Of a DNA stretch of 64,000 nucleotides, positions 34,962 through 48,315 are shown piece by piece; the stretch's first letter is position 1, and each line of letters begins with the position of its first letter. Position numbers and translations under genes: made by a program. Below the pieces are notes generated by a model. The model was not told where the DNA came from, ran no database searches, and worked only from the letters and a program-made list of their open reading frames with translations. The stretch comes from Phoronis australis (Eukaryota > Animalia > Phoronida): NCBI GenBank assembly GCA_002633005.1, contig NMRA01000133.1, forward strand, positions 6,380 to 70,379, in the 5' to 3' direction.

Positions 34962-37497
34962 ATTATACTTATTGTTATGATAATTATTATAGTTTCATTA
35001 TCATTGACGGCACTTGTTATTGTAATAATCTCAGTACAGCGTTTCATTACGATTTAAATTTAAAACTGCACTCGGTTCATATACAGTCTCGGTCTTAGAG
35101 GCAACAATTGATTTATTTGGATGCTCAAAACTATCGTGTTCTCACGCGTGGAGTTTTCGCCGGGAACTTTCCCGTCCAAACAGCCGGACGACTTCTCCAG
35201 CAATGATCGTTCACCTTGGTCAGGCAGGCACAATCGTTTTTAATAGTGCAACATACTAGAGAACAAACAGCAATTTAGCCCATGTCAGGTTCTGTGTGTT
35301 TGAAATGAACTGTGCGTCGGAATAAAAACCGTTCAGATCGCGGCACTTTTTGCCCGTCTTTTAGGTTCGAAGTTATAATGGCCACTTTTGCCTGTCGCCG
35401 AAAGATCGCGTTCGCAGCAACTGAAGCAGGCTATACACCCGGGAAGCCGATTATATCTATCGACGGAGTTAAGATTAATTATTTTCAACCTTTAAAAAGC
35501 ATTGCTCTAATAATTTATTTGTTCGTTGCCGTTGCCAGTTGTCTGAGTAATCATGTGTTTCTGCCACTATTAGCTCTTAAAGTCCCCGCGGTCTAATCGC
35601 GTATTTGCATAATCAAACAGAAAGACAAGCATAAACTAACTCAAAAGATTTTGATATTTGCTTACATCAAATAATACAAATGCGAAGTATATATGGGTTA
35701 ATATGGCTAAAATGAATGTACTCGGTCGTAGTAGTTATTATGGTCAAAGAACTGTGTTGACATTCACGAAATAAATTGACATTCAGGCGTATGAATGGTC
35801 CCCGCATTACAATTACTGCATTTTATTTTTTTTCTGTAAATTAAACGCGATGTCCGACTACTTTATCTGATAAAACATTTTAGTAGGATGATTTTAGAAA
35901 CATACACGTTGAATGCGTGTCTTTTGTTGTAAAGCATGAAACCACGGAAGCCTGTGTTCATAGTAATCGCACATTTTCAGACACATTCACGCTTAATTCC
36001 AATAATTCAGCAATCATTTAATAAATTTCCACGGGTATTTATTTGCACTGTGAAAATAAAAAGTCCATGTAACAGACGCATATAAGTGGTAAACGGGTAA
36101 TGTATGTCAGCAGGTGAAAAGGCAGATTGTAATGGGACGCGCATATCAGTAACAACACTAGTGTGAGTCGTGGCGTAATCCACAGACGGAGGTCTGGCAT
36201 AGCGGCAGCTTGAAAATACCATGGCGCTTAGAACACGGTATTATAAACTCGTGGCCCCAAGACAAGTTTACTCAATATTTATCTAGTCTGCACTAAAATT
36301 ATTTTTCCTTCCCTCCCTCCTCGTGAGCACCACTCTCACTCCCCGGCTTCACCATCCGGGCACAGAAAATTTACCAAAATTTTAATTTAAAATCAGGGTG
36401 GTTCATGATGTGCGACTCCGTTTATTTTCCTGTCATAAAAAGCACAGCTAATTAATATCTCTCAGCTACGATCAGGAATGAGATCTTTGATACAACGGGG
36501 CCGCGGGAGAAGTCAAGTGGCCTTCGGTCACCACGCTCCCCAACCAGAAATGGGTCATACGATACCTTGCTTGAGTTCTATAGACGCAAGAATCTCGCGA
36601 AGGAAGCTAGTGTGATCACATGCTTAGCTTTTAATACAGGGGTATATCTCGCGAAGCCTTACGAGAGTGTACGATCTTGCGTTTTCATGAGATTCTCTTG
36701 TCCACGAATCCCACGTATTATTCAAGAAATGTTCACAACATGCGCCTGTGGTTTACTCAGTCAAGTAGGACGAACGAATATAGAAAGCTAAATGTGAAAT
36801 CCATTTGTTAAAATCAATGCGATTGGGGAATTCGTAATAGTTGTAGAAATACAACCAAGACTTTCTCTGGAGATCTAGAATTGATTTAATGCTATTAATT
36901 GAATGCATTTGGACACAGAAACTACATTTAATGCTTTCTGGTTTTCATTTATTATTCAATGACTATAAACCGTGACTTTTATTTCAGTCAATATGTCATG
37001 AAAATATGATAACCGGAAATGTTTTCTTCAAAACGAGGTACACGCTGAATTTTCGAAGAGTTTTGCTAAGTTTGTAACCTTGAACTGTAGACATGGTCAT
37101 CACTGAAAAATGCAGTGTTCCCAAAGTCTCAAATGTATAATTTGACACAAGACTAAGATAACGAACTGTCTGATTGGAGCTTGGAAGGCAGTGATTATGT
37201 TGTACAAAAGGTTCTTTAGGGTACATACACCAACTTCCTGTGACACCTGCCTCCCGTTCAGTAACGCTAGGACCTCGCTAAAAAGCAAGACTTCGCGAGA
37301 TTACGTGAGATATTGCCGTGTATTTTAAATGAGAACACGTGACTTGGACTAAGCTTTAGCTAGGCGCTAGCGTAGGTCCTAGCGTCTACTGAACGCACGC
37401 CTGCTTCATAAATATCTTTACAAGGGAGTGTTGCAAAGTAACAAAACTCCTATGCGCAAATTTACCAAGCAATTTTTTTAAAAGAAACCGCACCAAC

Positions 37498-37719
37498 CTT
37501 TTTCGTAACCCATCTGCCTTTCGTGGTGTCTGGCATTTTCTGCAGCCACTTTCAGAAGCCCTTGGATGTTGAGTAGAAGAGTTTCTATTGACGACGCCAT
37601 CTTTCCGTGATCGCCATTCAGTATCTGCTGACCGAACGTCGTCGCAGTTTGACTGGCTAGCTTGTCTTCCGCTGTGTTTTCTTTATTCACTGAGAGATCT
37701 GTTGGTATGCGAATTTTGT
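37498..37719 (-). CDS. dach: dachshund coding exon 5 (start of DD2/Dachbox-C)
   Basis: ttacag|(D)KIRIPTDLSVNK...MASSIETLLLNIQGLLKVAAENARHHERQMGYEK|gttggt; diagnostic SSIETLLxNIQGLLKVA motif; phase 1/1. Confidence 0.95.
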
Positions 37720-39786
37720 CTGTAAAATAAATAGATTACATTGAAATCTGCAAAATTCGAATTGTGGAGCAAGGCAAGTTAACACTTCCAATTTTCTATG
37801 GTTATATTGCCATCGGAATGGAACTCAATGAACCGCTTCATTCTCATTTTACCAAGTTACTTTAAAGTTGGCTACTTTATCACTTTAGCTACCTTGTTTT
37901 TCAATTTCATCGTCTGACTCATCTTCCTCAGCACTCCCCTCATTGCCGGAATGATGTGCGAGATCTTTCGAGGCTTGGTCGTTGTGGTACGTGTGAGCGC
38001 TTTTTGGCCTTTCAACCACTGGACACAAAAAACAAACGTTGAAATTCATTGGTAATAAAACACACTGTCAGCTCTAATTTATAACATGTAATTTAGCGTC
38101 TTCAGTTTTAGTTTCAATTTTATTTTTTTCTCTGAAGATGTCAATGGTTCAGTCGAAACGTTACCAATGAAATTTTACACAGTTGCGTAATCGTTCTAGA
38201 TTTGTTGCAGATAATCAAATGACTGAATGTTTTTTTGATGTGGGAAAAGTATGAGGATTTATAAGTAATCGACTGGCAGAGGTATTCTTTAGGAAGTAAG
38301 GTTTTTATTTGCGGACTAGACACAGATTGCTTGCCGGTGGTAGGTAAGCCGAACGGCTATGTACACATGTCGGTTTGAATGAATTTGGAATTTTTAAGTT
38401 AACCGTTTTTTTCCTACTCGAAGAATCTAATTGAAATGACTTACAAGCGTTGTCTACATTGAACACATTGGTCATAAAACTATAAACTAATCAGTTATCA
38501 GAAGTAGGTTGGCCTTGATCTATTCTGTTCCGTTCTTTATCAATTTAATTAGTGTGAAAAGGTACAGATGGACTGGTAAATTATCTTTGTTTTGAAACAC
38601 ACTCGTGATAATACTGGTGTCGGCCCGATTGTACGGAGATCACGTTAAAGAGAAGCTTTAAACATCTTACGAAAACCTCCGAAGAGCACAAATATGGAAT
38701 AATGTTCAGTTTCGCAAGAAGTTGAAATCGCCCCTTCGCAAGAGTTACCTGACGTTTGTCTCACCGAATGGCGTCGATGTTTTAAAAATTAATCAATCAT
38801 TATACAAACAGTTTCAATGAAGACAGCGGTACACGTCTGCATCTACAAGCAGGGGATCAAACCTAAAATATTTTCGTCCTGCAGTCTGATACTTCGGTAG
38901 CTTTAAAGCCATTCACGAAAACTCGGAATTTTGTTGGTCATAGCATAGAACTGGATAAATGGAATGCCAATTCCAGCATGTGACAAATGTATTCTAGTGT
39001 TAGAGCTTAACTGCGAGATTTCACGGGACTAGCCGTGAGAGTTTGTTCTCTGAATTTCCGGTTGTCCGCTCGACTCGGTTTTGATTAAGTATTCTAGTTA
39101 TCAAAAAATTACAGCCTAATTTCATTGCTTCATTTTCATTTTGTCGTTTCTGTTCACAATGGAATCATCAAGTTAGACTCTTGAGGTACAGTTTCATACA
39201 AACCAGCTATTTATCGGCAAGAGTAGCAAACAAATCCGTCAACTACACTGATCATTCTTTAGGAATGGAATCCTAGATTTCTATGGTCGTAGGTAGGCCT
39301 ACTAAGTTTGGATGTTACATACTTCAAAGATGTTGATTAGGGGCAATAGAATCTATACGAAAATCAATAACCAATAAAATACGATGCAAGGATTCGAGAT
39401 TGACTTAGGTCGCTTTGTGCCCAAAACGCAAGGCACTTTGATGGACTAACGCTAAAAAAGCCGATTGTCTGGAAAACATTTTCAATCTTCACATTTTTTG
39501 GACGTTGTTGAAGCTAAATCAGATATAGACGGTAAAGTGACAATCTGTGAACAACATTTTAGAGAAGAGCTTCCTTTCCGTTTCTCCTTCTCACTAATGT
39601 GTCGAAAAGCTCTAATTTTGTTGCGATGTGTTTACGACGGTATGTGTGCCTAAGTGTACTTGGTGTTCTTTCTCTTCGCTAAAATAGCTAGATCTCACTG
39701 AAGTAGCGTGGCTCGACTACAAGCCTCCATCGGTTTGAACGTAAAGAGGCAATCGGTGCCATTTTGGATGACGTAAAACTACCTAC

Positions 39787-39899
39787 CAGGTTCTTTTTCT
39801 GACGTGTTATTGGGTGGAGGAAGGCGATCTTCTTTATCACTTTCGGACGATCTGTCCAACGACTTGCTACTGCTACTTTCGAGTCTGTCATCACGTGAC
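39787..39899 (-). CDS. dach: dachshund coding exon 4 (Ser-rich linker)
   Basis: cttctag|(R)SRDDRLESSSSKSLDRSSESDKEDRLPPPNNTSEKEP|gtaggt; phase 2/1 exactly bridges exon 3 (ends in phase 2) and exon 5 (starts in phase 1). Confidence 0.8.
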
Positions 39900-40078
39900 C
39901 TAGAAGACAAGTTGCGGAATATTGTAGAAACGGGAGATTCCAATGGCCTATTCGTTAACGCAAGGTTGTCGTCAGTGAAAACCAGTGAAGCACGTGGTAA
40001 TGCACGGCAGTATCTCGCGACTTGCGCGTGATTTCGCTCAACTCTCCAGGAAACGTAGTTGTGATTTGTCCTTTGCAT

Positions 40079-40096
40079 CATAGACTATAATCTATG
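40079..40096. mobile_element. 18-bp palindromic insertion with 7-bp TSD
   Basis: tttgcat|catagactataatctatg|tttgcat; related copy at 8992-9016. Confidence 0.7.
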
Positions 40097-41143
40097 TTTG
40101 CATCAGGTACTTTTCGAGTCGCAAACAGTGGTTATGAAGTTGAAAGCTTTCGTTGCTATTTAGGTCGTGATGGTCGTGTGTACGAAAAATGACAAAAGGT
40201 CGAGAAGGATCGTCTCGAAACCGTGAGGTGGTTTTAACTGTCAGTCGATTTCGACTTCGTGGACCATATACATGAAACCTCATGATTGTTGCGAAATTAC
40301 ATTTCTTGGCCTAGAAGACCATGCGCATGAAACAGTAATGTAGGAGGAAATAGTCGGAAGGTTTAAGGAAACAGCCACAATGAAAGAATCGTCGTATGCG
40401 TCCTTGTACCGACATAAACGAGACGCAAGAAACACTCTCTTGACTGGCGATTAGCTACACCGGTTGAAGTGCTTTGTGTTTACATCATGGCGAGCAATTG
40501 AACGGGAACAAAAAACGTATAGCTGATTCAGTATTTCCATTAAGAATACAACCACAAGACTTCTTGAAACACGGATCGGGTAAATGTCAATATACAAGAA
40601 GGTTAAAATACAACTATTTAGATAAAATGCCTGAATCTGACGACATGTTTATTGCTACATATGTCGTGTTAAGCTCATTTTATGTTCTGCCATGTAAACA
40701 TAGAGAAGACATATACAAATAGAAATAATGTCCAATATTTCATCTGGCAGAATGAGGCGATAAAAGCTTTACGACCAGCACGTCATTTGTTTGTGCAAGA
40801 AATACTTGCAATTTTCCTCGGATGCCCTGTCGAACGTGGAAAAGTGGAAAGTATGGGACGATTCTTTTAAATACTGGTGTTACACTTTTCCGAGCAGAAG
40901 CCCAACCAAAAATGTAACGCTATAAATGTGCAGTTACAATCGTGATATAACATTCTTAGTCTTGCTTACCTTTTTACAAATCAAATTTCTATTTTACCAA
41001 AATTACCAATTTGTTTACTTCTTTTGAAAATGAATTGTCTTAGCCTTCCTGAGTTACAAAACTCGATACTTTTGCAAAAAGTGTCAATTTCAAAATAAAA
41101 CTTTAATTTTTCATCATTGTCAATACACTTTAACAGTTTTTAC

Positions 41144-41342
41144 CTGGGCGAAAACAGATCTTCAGCTTGCCTTTCCCTTACAGTGGCGAGATCCTCAGGT
41201 CGAATTCCGGTCAGATGACCGGACATGGCGGCCATTGACATGGCTGCGTATGGATGCGCAAAATGAGGCATGAACGGCAGTGCTGCTAGGTGATGCGGAT
41301 ATGGGTTGTAGCCATTCGAAAGAAGTGGGGATTTCTTTTCAC
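41144..41342 (-). CDS. dach: dachshund coding exon 3
   Basis: tttgcag|(S)EKKSPLLSNGYNPYPHHLAALPFMPHFAHPYAAMSMAAMSGHLTGIRPEDLATVRERQAEDLFSP|gtaaaa; phase 1/2; KSPLLxNGY and LPFM motifs as in invertebrate Dac. Confidence 0.9.
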
Positions 41343-42390
41343 CTGCAAAAGAATTCAAGCCTGTTTTTCAGTGACGAATTTATCAAAGTGGCGGTTGGAC
41401 AGCAGTAATAAAAAAAAAACAACTATACAGACCAGTTGATAATTTTCAAAATAAAGTGTATGTAATTTCCATTTATAATTACCAAAAACGATTGCGTAGG
41501 TCTCGGGGTCCGCACGAAACGTGACTTGTTTACTACATGAAAACTGCCACGCCGTGCTTGCCATCGACAATTCCAGAAATAATTAAGAGAATCACCTGTG
41601 ACGGATTACACGTGTTAATTAACAAATAAAACACATGTCGATCAGTGCGACTTACATTAGCAACAGTCAAATCCGCACGGAGTTTTATTTAAACAAAACC
41701 AGTATTTGTCAAACAAATTCAAGGCGACGAAAGAAACCACACAACTACGTGTATTAAACTGGGGCGACAATAACTTTTGTGAACTTCGCTCGTAAACAAT
41801 CAAGAACGACAAAAAATGTAAATTTGTTCATCGGATTGACAGAAGTTTATTTTACCTAAGTATATTTTCCAATTGCGTCATGTCATTTTGCCAATGATGT
41901 TTTTGGAATTGAATGACATTTCCACGAATACGCAACCGCTCTTTGAGGTCTTCACTCACGAGTATAGGGTTGTTGGTAAACAAATCTATGTGAAACCAAT
42001 GTTTCGACTATTGATTTGAGTAGAATTTTCAATTTTGTAGACTTAATATGCTGAAATCAAGTGTGACGACAAAGATTCCATGGAGAATTCTGTGAAATGT
42101 TTCCGCCACGTATTCCACAAGCCTAGCCGTGTCAGCGCTGAGCTACATGAAGGGAACGTTTCGCCGTCTTTGCTTTCAGTGGAAACAAACTCTAATCGCT
42201 GCCGACTTGCTACTGTAGCAAAACGTTCACGGCAAATGAGAAACGATGAATTTAAGTTTTCAATTACGGCGTTAGATTGAGGAAAACGGAGATTTTTTGT
42301 GAACTGCTAGTTCTGTGCAAATTTCACAAGCAGTTTGTGCTGTACAGTACAGATGTGACGTCAGGCAAGAGAGGAAATGTATCAACTCAC

Positions 42391-42518
42391 TTAAATATCT
42401 CTCTGTGAATCCATAGTAATCGCTAGTGTCCAGTTTGGCTTTCTTCAGCCGTTGTAGCGTGTCCGGACTGGGAGAAGACAGAGACGAACTTCTTTTGGGA
42501 GGACGTCCAGGTCTGGCA
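42391..42518 (-). CDS. dach: dachshund coding exon 2
   Basis: ccactag|(S)ARPGRPPKRSSSLSSPSPDTLQRLKKAKLDTSDYYGFTERYL|gtgagt; conserved SRPGRPPKR end of DD1; phase 2/1. Missed by the ORF track. Confidence 0.95.
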
Positions 42519-45500
42519 CTAGTGGAAAATAAAATTAAACAAAATTTATACTTAAGGTGATTATTTGATTGACAGCTGTTACTTGGAACATTGTTTCAGA
42601 ACCTTATACAATCTGTGCAAGATTTTGTAAGATCTATTTTCTAATTTGGCGGAAGCAATCGCTCGCGTCTACCTGGTTACCAAAATAAACCGAAGTCTTC
42701 ATTTTTACCGTTGATTGTCTGCGAGTAGTATTTCCCGACCAGAAAAGTCTGTTTTGGTGCGATTGACGTGCTCATGTATCATGTATATATAAATATGCAA
42801 ATAAATGTACATATTAACGAAACAACCTTGACCGGAATTCCATTTTTTCTGTTTAGAATTGAGGGAGACATTTCATGCATGCGCTGTTGTTTGCTCGTCT
42901 TGTTTTTGTGAAGATATCAGAACTTTTGCGCAGTGAAGCCTTCCTCTTAATAATCCGGAATTAACAACTCAGAGTCGATTAGCGACGTAATCACATCTTC
43001 AGTAGATTGCCACAAGAGATTAAATCGTATGTGTTTAATTGGAAGTACAGCATTGATCTTCGTCTGACCTTGTCGATTTTTGCTATTCACTTTTGACGCG
43101 ATTAGTCGTCGTTTTAATGGTAATAATTCTGCTTGAATCTGATTGGCACTGTCTTGACAAATCGCAGCAGAATAACCATCGAATAACAGTTAATTTTAAA
43201 CTCAAATTTATGCTTCTATTTAAATTTGTGGTACCTATTCGTCAAGAGGAACCGCTTTCCATGATTGCATATAGTTATTGCAATAATAGAGTGTAGTGCG
43301 ATTAATTATCATTAGGTGAGAGTACTTTAAGATGGAGGCTATTTGAAAAGTACATTTGAGAGAAAACACAACAACGACGTCACACAACGACAAAGTCATT
43401 CGGAACTCATCGGGTATTTTCGTAGTAAGACCACGAAAATACTCAAGGTGTTCCGAATTAAATCACATAACCGAAGATGTTATATTTAAAGGAAACTGCA
43501 GTATCTTTGAGTTGATGACGAATGATGTCATTCACCAAAGGCAAATACCGACCGAAATGAGGTTTTTGTCCTTTTGAAATAGTTTTTTATTGAATAACAA
43601 GTATTATGCGAATGTTCACCGACTCTAACCCAAATGACGTCAGCAAATAGTAAATTGCTGTAAATCGTACGAACCTGAGACAGAATGACTGTTCAAATAT
43701 TAACTAAAATGAGTACTATCTTGTATATAAATAATTGAAATCGACCTCACGGGAAGAAAACGTGTCTTGTTCGCTCATTATCCAAAAACACATACATGAT
43801 TATGTTACAAATGACCCAGTTACATTTAAAAACTTATGTTGACACAAATAAGAACAAATATCACTCGATGACTTTCTTTGTTTTTGTATGAATAGAATTT
43901 GAAAGTGTTGACATTTCTAGTATTTATCCGCAATGCGAGCGATATTATTTCAGTAGTACTTAAACATCGTAAACAAGGTTTTCCCATGTTTTCACTGAGT
44001 TTCATGTCACCTGCTGTTGATATTCGTTTCGCTATCATTGTTCTAAACGCATACATATCATCTAAGCTGTAAACTTTTAACTCGGCAGGTATCTGAAAGG
44101 GAACAGATGTATCGGTTCTCACTGGTGAAGGCGTATTTAAACATTAAAAGATTCCATCTTGGTATCATGGCATTTTATTGTATTTGGCATTTAAATAAAG
44201 CCGTGGAAGTTGGAAGAAATTTATTCCTCCTTGTGGTGGCATAGTGATCCACAACCACCGTGTTCTAAACAAAAGATGTTTTCGAAATCAAATCACAAAG
44301 CGGTCATTCCCCGGCTTTCAGCATAGAAGCCTTTGATTTAAAAAAATAGGATAAAATCAATGGAATTGTGAGATTAAAATGCGATGTGGGGGCTAGACTT
44401 GCTTAGCATGTAAATATTTTCAAGTGATCGAATGATCTTTATTTTAATAGTTTCTAAACTCAAATTGCTCCAATTCAAATGCCAAATCTGCCGCGGTAGT
44501 CACTGCGGGAACGAACCAAAGGACACTCGTAGGCTCCTTGAACGGAGTGCGTAGGCGCATGGACTTTTTTCAAAGCAATTAAAATATTTCCGAATTCATA
44601 CAGCCTACTGTTGACGAGTTATAATAGCAATCAAACTCTTTCACCATTAGCTTTTATTGCCCAACGAAATTCAGTTGGTTTTAACACACTGCGAACAAGG
44701 TCATTAATCATAGAAATAACAGTAATTGTCGCAATAAAGCGTTAATCAAAGAGCACAGGATGTTAGCGCATCTGTTCTCGTGCTGCCCACTAAGGACATT
44801 GTCAAGAATCACAGCCGTTTACTATTGTTCTCTACGTATAGCGCTGACGCGTCAAACAATTGTATGCTATTAATTTTTCTATCTGTGCCTTGTATTCAAT
44901 GCATAAATCAAATAAAAACACAATATGCTGATAAAAGCGAGGCAATTTGTATCGAAAATGTCCGCAAAACTCTACTTCACGAGCGTGCTCGAGTTGTATG
45001 TCCTTAGGGAACAGATCGTTACTGGAACGAGAAAAATGATACAATCCAAAGGCCCTGGAGCGAGGGATTACATGTACTGTTCAAATGCCCCTGGACTTAT
45101 ATGCTAACTCTGCTTGGCACTAGAAACAGCGAAAACTGGGATGCGAGTTTTATTCATTAGTTGTTATCTTTTTATTTATTTGTTTATAACTTTTTTCGTT
45201 TGTCAAATCGTAGACACAGACATGAATTCTCTATGGGACCAATGGTCTAAAATGTATCTCGTCTTGTGAGCATTGTGTATAATCTTTTTTATAAAACGAA
45301 AACCAAAACTGTCACATTAGTTTGATTTTCGGGCTATTCTTCATGCAGAAAGAAAATTATTTTATAAATTCGTTTCCAACTTTCAATGACGGCCTTGACC
45401 GTTGATCAACTTTTGGGAGGTTGACATAGGTTATCTAATTCGTCCATTTAGGCAAAATCTTATAAAAATAAATATATGGAGATGTAGAGCGTAGACGATT

Positions 45501-47323
45501 ACAACTTGCGTGTTTGAAAATGAGAATTGACTAATGGACTACTAAGTCTATGGCGCAATGTTTATTGAAAGAGATTACAAAAGTGGTTGGTAAAACTAAA
45601 CACAGGGCTATAGAAACAAGTGCTGGTCATTGAGTTGATATGCAAATGAAGTCTAGTAGCCAGCGAAAATTTGCAGGTTCAAGTCTGCCGCTGTGTTTTA
45701 TATGCGGCTCCACCGCTTGTGTGCTGAATCTTAATCCTGGCTTGAGCAAAGCGAAGAACAATAAGAGGTAAATTTCAAAAATAAATAAAGCCTTAAATAA
45801 TTATTTAAACAGGTATTGTGTGTAAGCCGGTTGTGCCTTGTACAACAATTGAAGGGATAATGCGGAATAAATTGATCTGGCTTTAATTCGGCCAATTAAA
45901 ATAGACATCTCACAAACTAAATCAACACTGGACTATTTGCACGTGCCCGCAAAGTCTGTGTACTTAGGCGAAATCGGCGCGAATCGACAGTCGCAGACGA
46001 GAATTACGTCGCAGCTTGGAGCATTTCGGGAAAGTAGTGCGAGTAAAAGAAAACAATAGATTATCAAACCGTGTAGTTAGTCTTTTGGTTATATTTACCT
46101 TTGGAATTGTCAGTGTTAATTTTATGGTAGTCGTACATCGCTTGTCACCATTTCAGACGTATTTATCGCTGTTAGCCTTTGAGTAAACGCGATCTCAGCT
46201 AGCAAAATACTCCTATTTGCCGTAGAGTTGACCATAGATCGGTTCGGATTTAAATAATGCGACGGTGACGATTATTGCGAATTCACTCAGCTGAAACTGG
46301 GCCCCCATATTAAGTAAAGATACGCCGAATATTTTAATTGACGATAGTAAATAGGAACGTTTATTTCAAAACAAGACTACACCATCCATACGAGAGAAGT
46401 TTAAAGGGTGTGTTTGCGGATTTTTCGGAATTCATTCGAGCCAAGATATCTATACAAAGATTTCGTGATTAGGGACGTGTAGGGCACATCAAAAAAATGT
46501 TGTGCACGGCACGGAATTTGAATTGAACAAATGTTATTCCGGCTAAATGTATGTGTAGCGATAAAATATCAATGTTAGGAAAACACCCTATTATGTCTGG
46601 CGATATATAAGATCCCTTATCATTTGTGAAAATCGGTAACCGAAACATTTGTATATCCATAGAGATAAAAGCAAATTATTAAATGTTGACGACTAATTTT
46701 AAGATAAGGCTTGAGTAACTCGAGACACATTACAAGTTGTAGTCGTAATGAAACCATTTAAACAAATTAGCGCAGACGCTATTTCAACAATGTTTATTAG
46801 AAAAACTACTTTGAATACGAAGCAATGGCGAGAATGTCCGTAATCACCTTGTATCCTTTGTAAATGCGCCGAACAAAGTTACAGTAACACAAACAAAATG
46901 TTAATTTTGTGAGGGCAACCATATCCAATACCTTAGTTGTTTCAAAAAGGCGACTGTCAAACCTCAGATCTGACACACCTTGTCACACGTTAATGAAACT
47001 TATTAGATATAGAAATGCCGTTCGTTATCGGAAAGAAGGAAACCGTGTTAGAGTTTCACACGTTCTTTGCAGGCTCACTTTAAAGGTCGTATTCAATACC
47101 ACAGGAGTCCTAATTTTACTACTAGTTAAATAGTTCAACAAATTTCAATTTGTAACTGTCACACAAGCACGCCACATAATTATCAAGGGTCATTCTGTTG
47201 GCACATCTAAAGGTGACGGCGTGGTACGGATTCTTTTCTAAGGACCTATCTCTTATTATTGTCTAGAAATAACGTGAAAAATAACAAATTTTGGTAATAA
47301 TACTTCGTAACAACAACAACATC

Positions 47324-47334
47324 GCTGCTGCTGC

Positions 47335-47365
<31 letters not shown>

Positions 47366-47770
47366 GGTGGTGGTGGTGNNNNNNNNNNNNNNNNNNNNNN
47401 NNNNNNNNNNNNNNNNNNNNNNNNNNNNNNNNNNNNNNNNNNNNNNNNNNNNNNNNNNNNNNNNNNNNNNNNNNNNNNNNNNNNNNNNNNNNNNNNNNNN
47501 NNNNNNNNNNNNNNNNNNNNNNNTATAGGGATGGCAATGTGACATTGATAGGTATAGGGATGGCAATGTGACATTGATAGCTATAGGGATGGCAATGTGA
47601 CATTGATAGCTATAGGGATGGCAATGACGATGGTGACAGTGATATGATGTCGATGATGACTAAAATGATGATCACGACAATGATAGAGATGACGATGATG
47701 AAGATGATGTTGATGAAGAAAGTGGCAATGATGGTGACGGTGGTGGTTACAGGGATGACGATGGCCGGGG
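47324..47770. repeat. Compound microsatellite, N gap (47379-47523), 29-bp minisatellite and degenerate (GAT)n
   Basis: (GCT)(GAT)(GGT) runs before the gap; tatagggatggcaatgtgacattgatagS x~3.5 after it. Confidence 0.9.
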
Positions 47771-48240
47771 ATAATGATTACGACATAAGTATACAAGAAA
47801 TGACTGAGCTCCATCTGCTAAGATTTACGAATAGGAAAATTTTATTTTTTTTGTCATTTACAACCACTTTTTCGAAGAGTTGACGAAAGCAGCCTGTATA
47901 ACAATTCATAAATACTTAGAATTTGCCCGCGTGGAGTTCTTCGACTTAATTAGAAATCCACGTTTGCAAAACTCGCTCAGAAATTCACGTTTAAATGTTG
48001 ACGTGTGACATATAACTTTTTTTAAATGGACATTAACGGTTTTATGGCCGCACGTTTGGGATTATTGTTTCATGCGATGAACTTGTTGAAGTTTGTAGCT
48101 TTGACCAGAGTTATAAAACAACAAAACCCGTTTTATTACAATTTGCCAATTCTCGTCGCTGTCAGAATGTCAGACATTCGCTTAAATAAGGGTCGGTGAC
48201 TTAACCAGTTAAAAACGCTTAAAATGCTTTGACATTCATC

Positions 48241-48315
48241 GCGTGGTGTTTGGTTCACCCTCAGAGCGTTAGAATGCGACTGTAGGGGTTGGAGGTTCGA
48301 TTCCGCGCTGAGGCT
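48241..48315 (+). repeat. Degenerate tRNA-derived repeat
   Basis: A-box-like tggtgtttgg (48244-53) and B box ggttcgattcc (48294-304); resembles 13489-13571. Confidence 0.5.

Noticed and set aside
34805-35047. Poly-Ser ORF
   Set aside because: Translation of an intronic (GAT)n microsatellite.
47246-47883. Poly-His/Thr/Pro/Met ORFs
   Set aside because: Microsatellite and N-gap artefacts.
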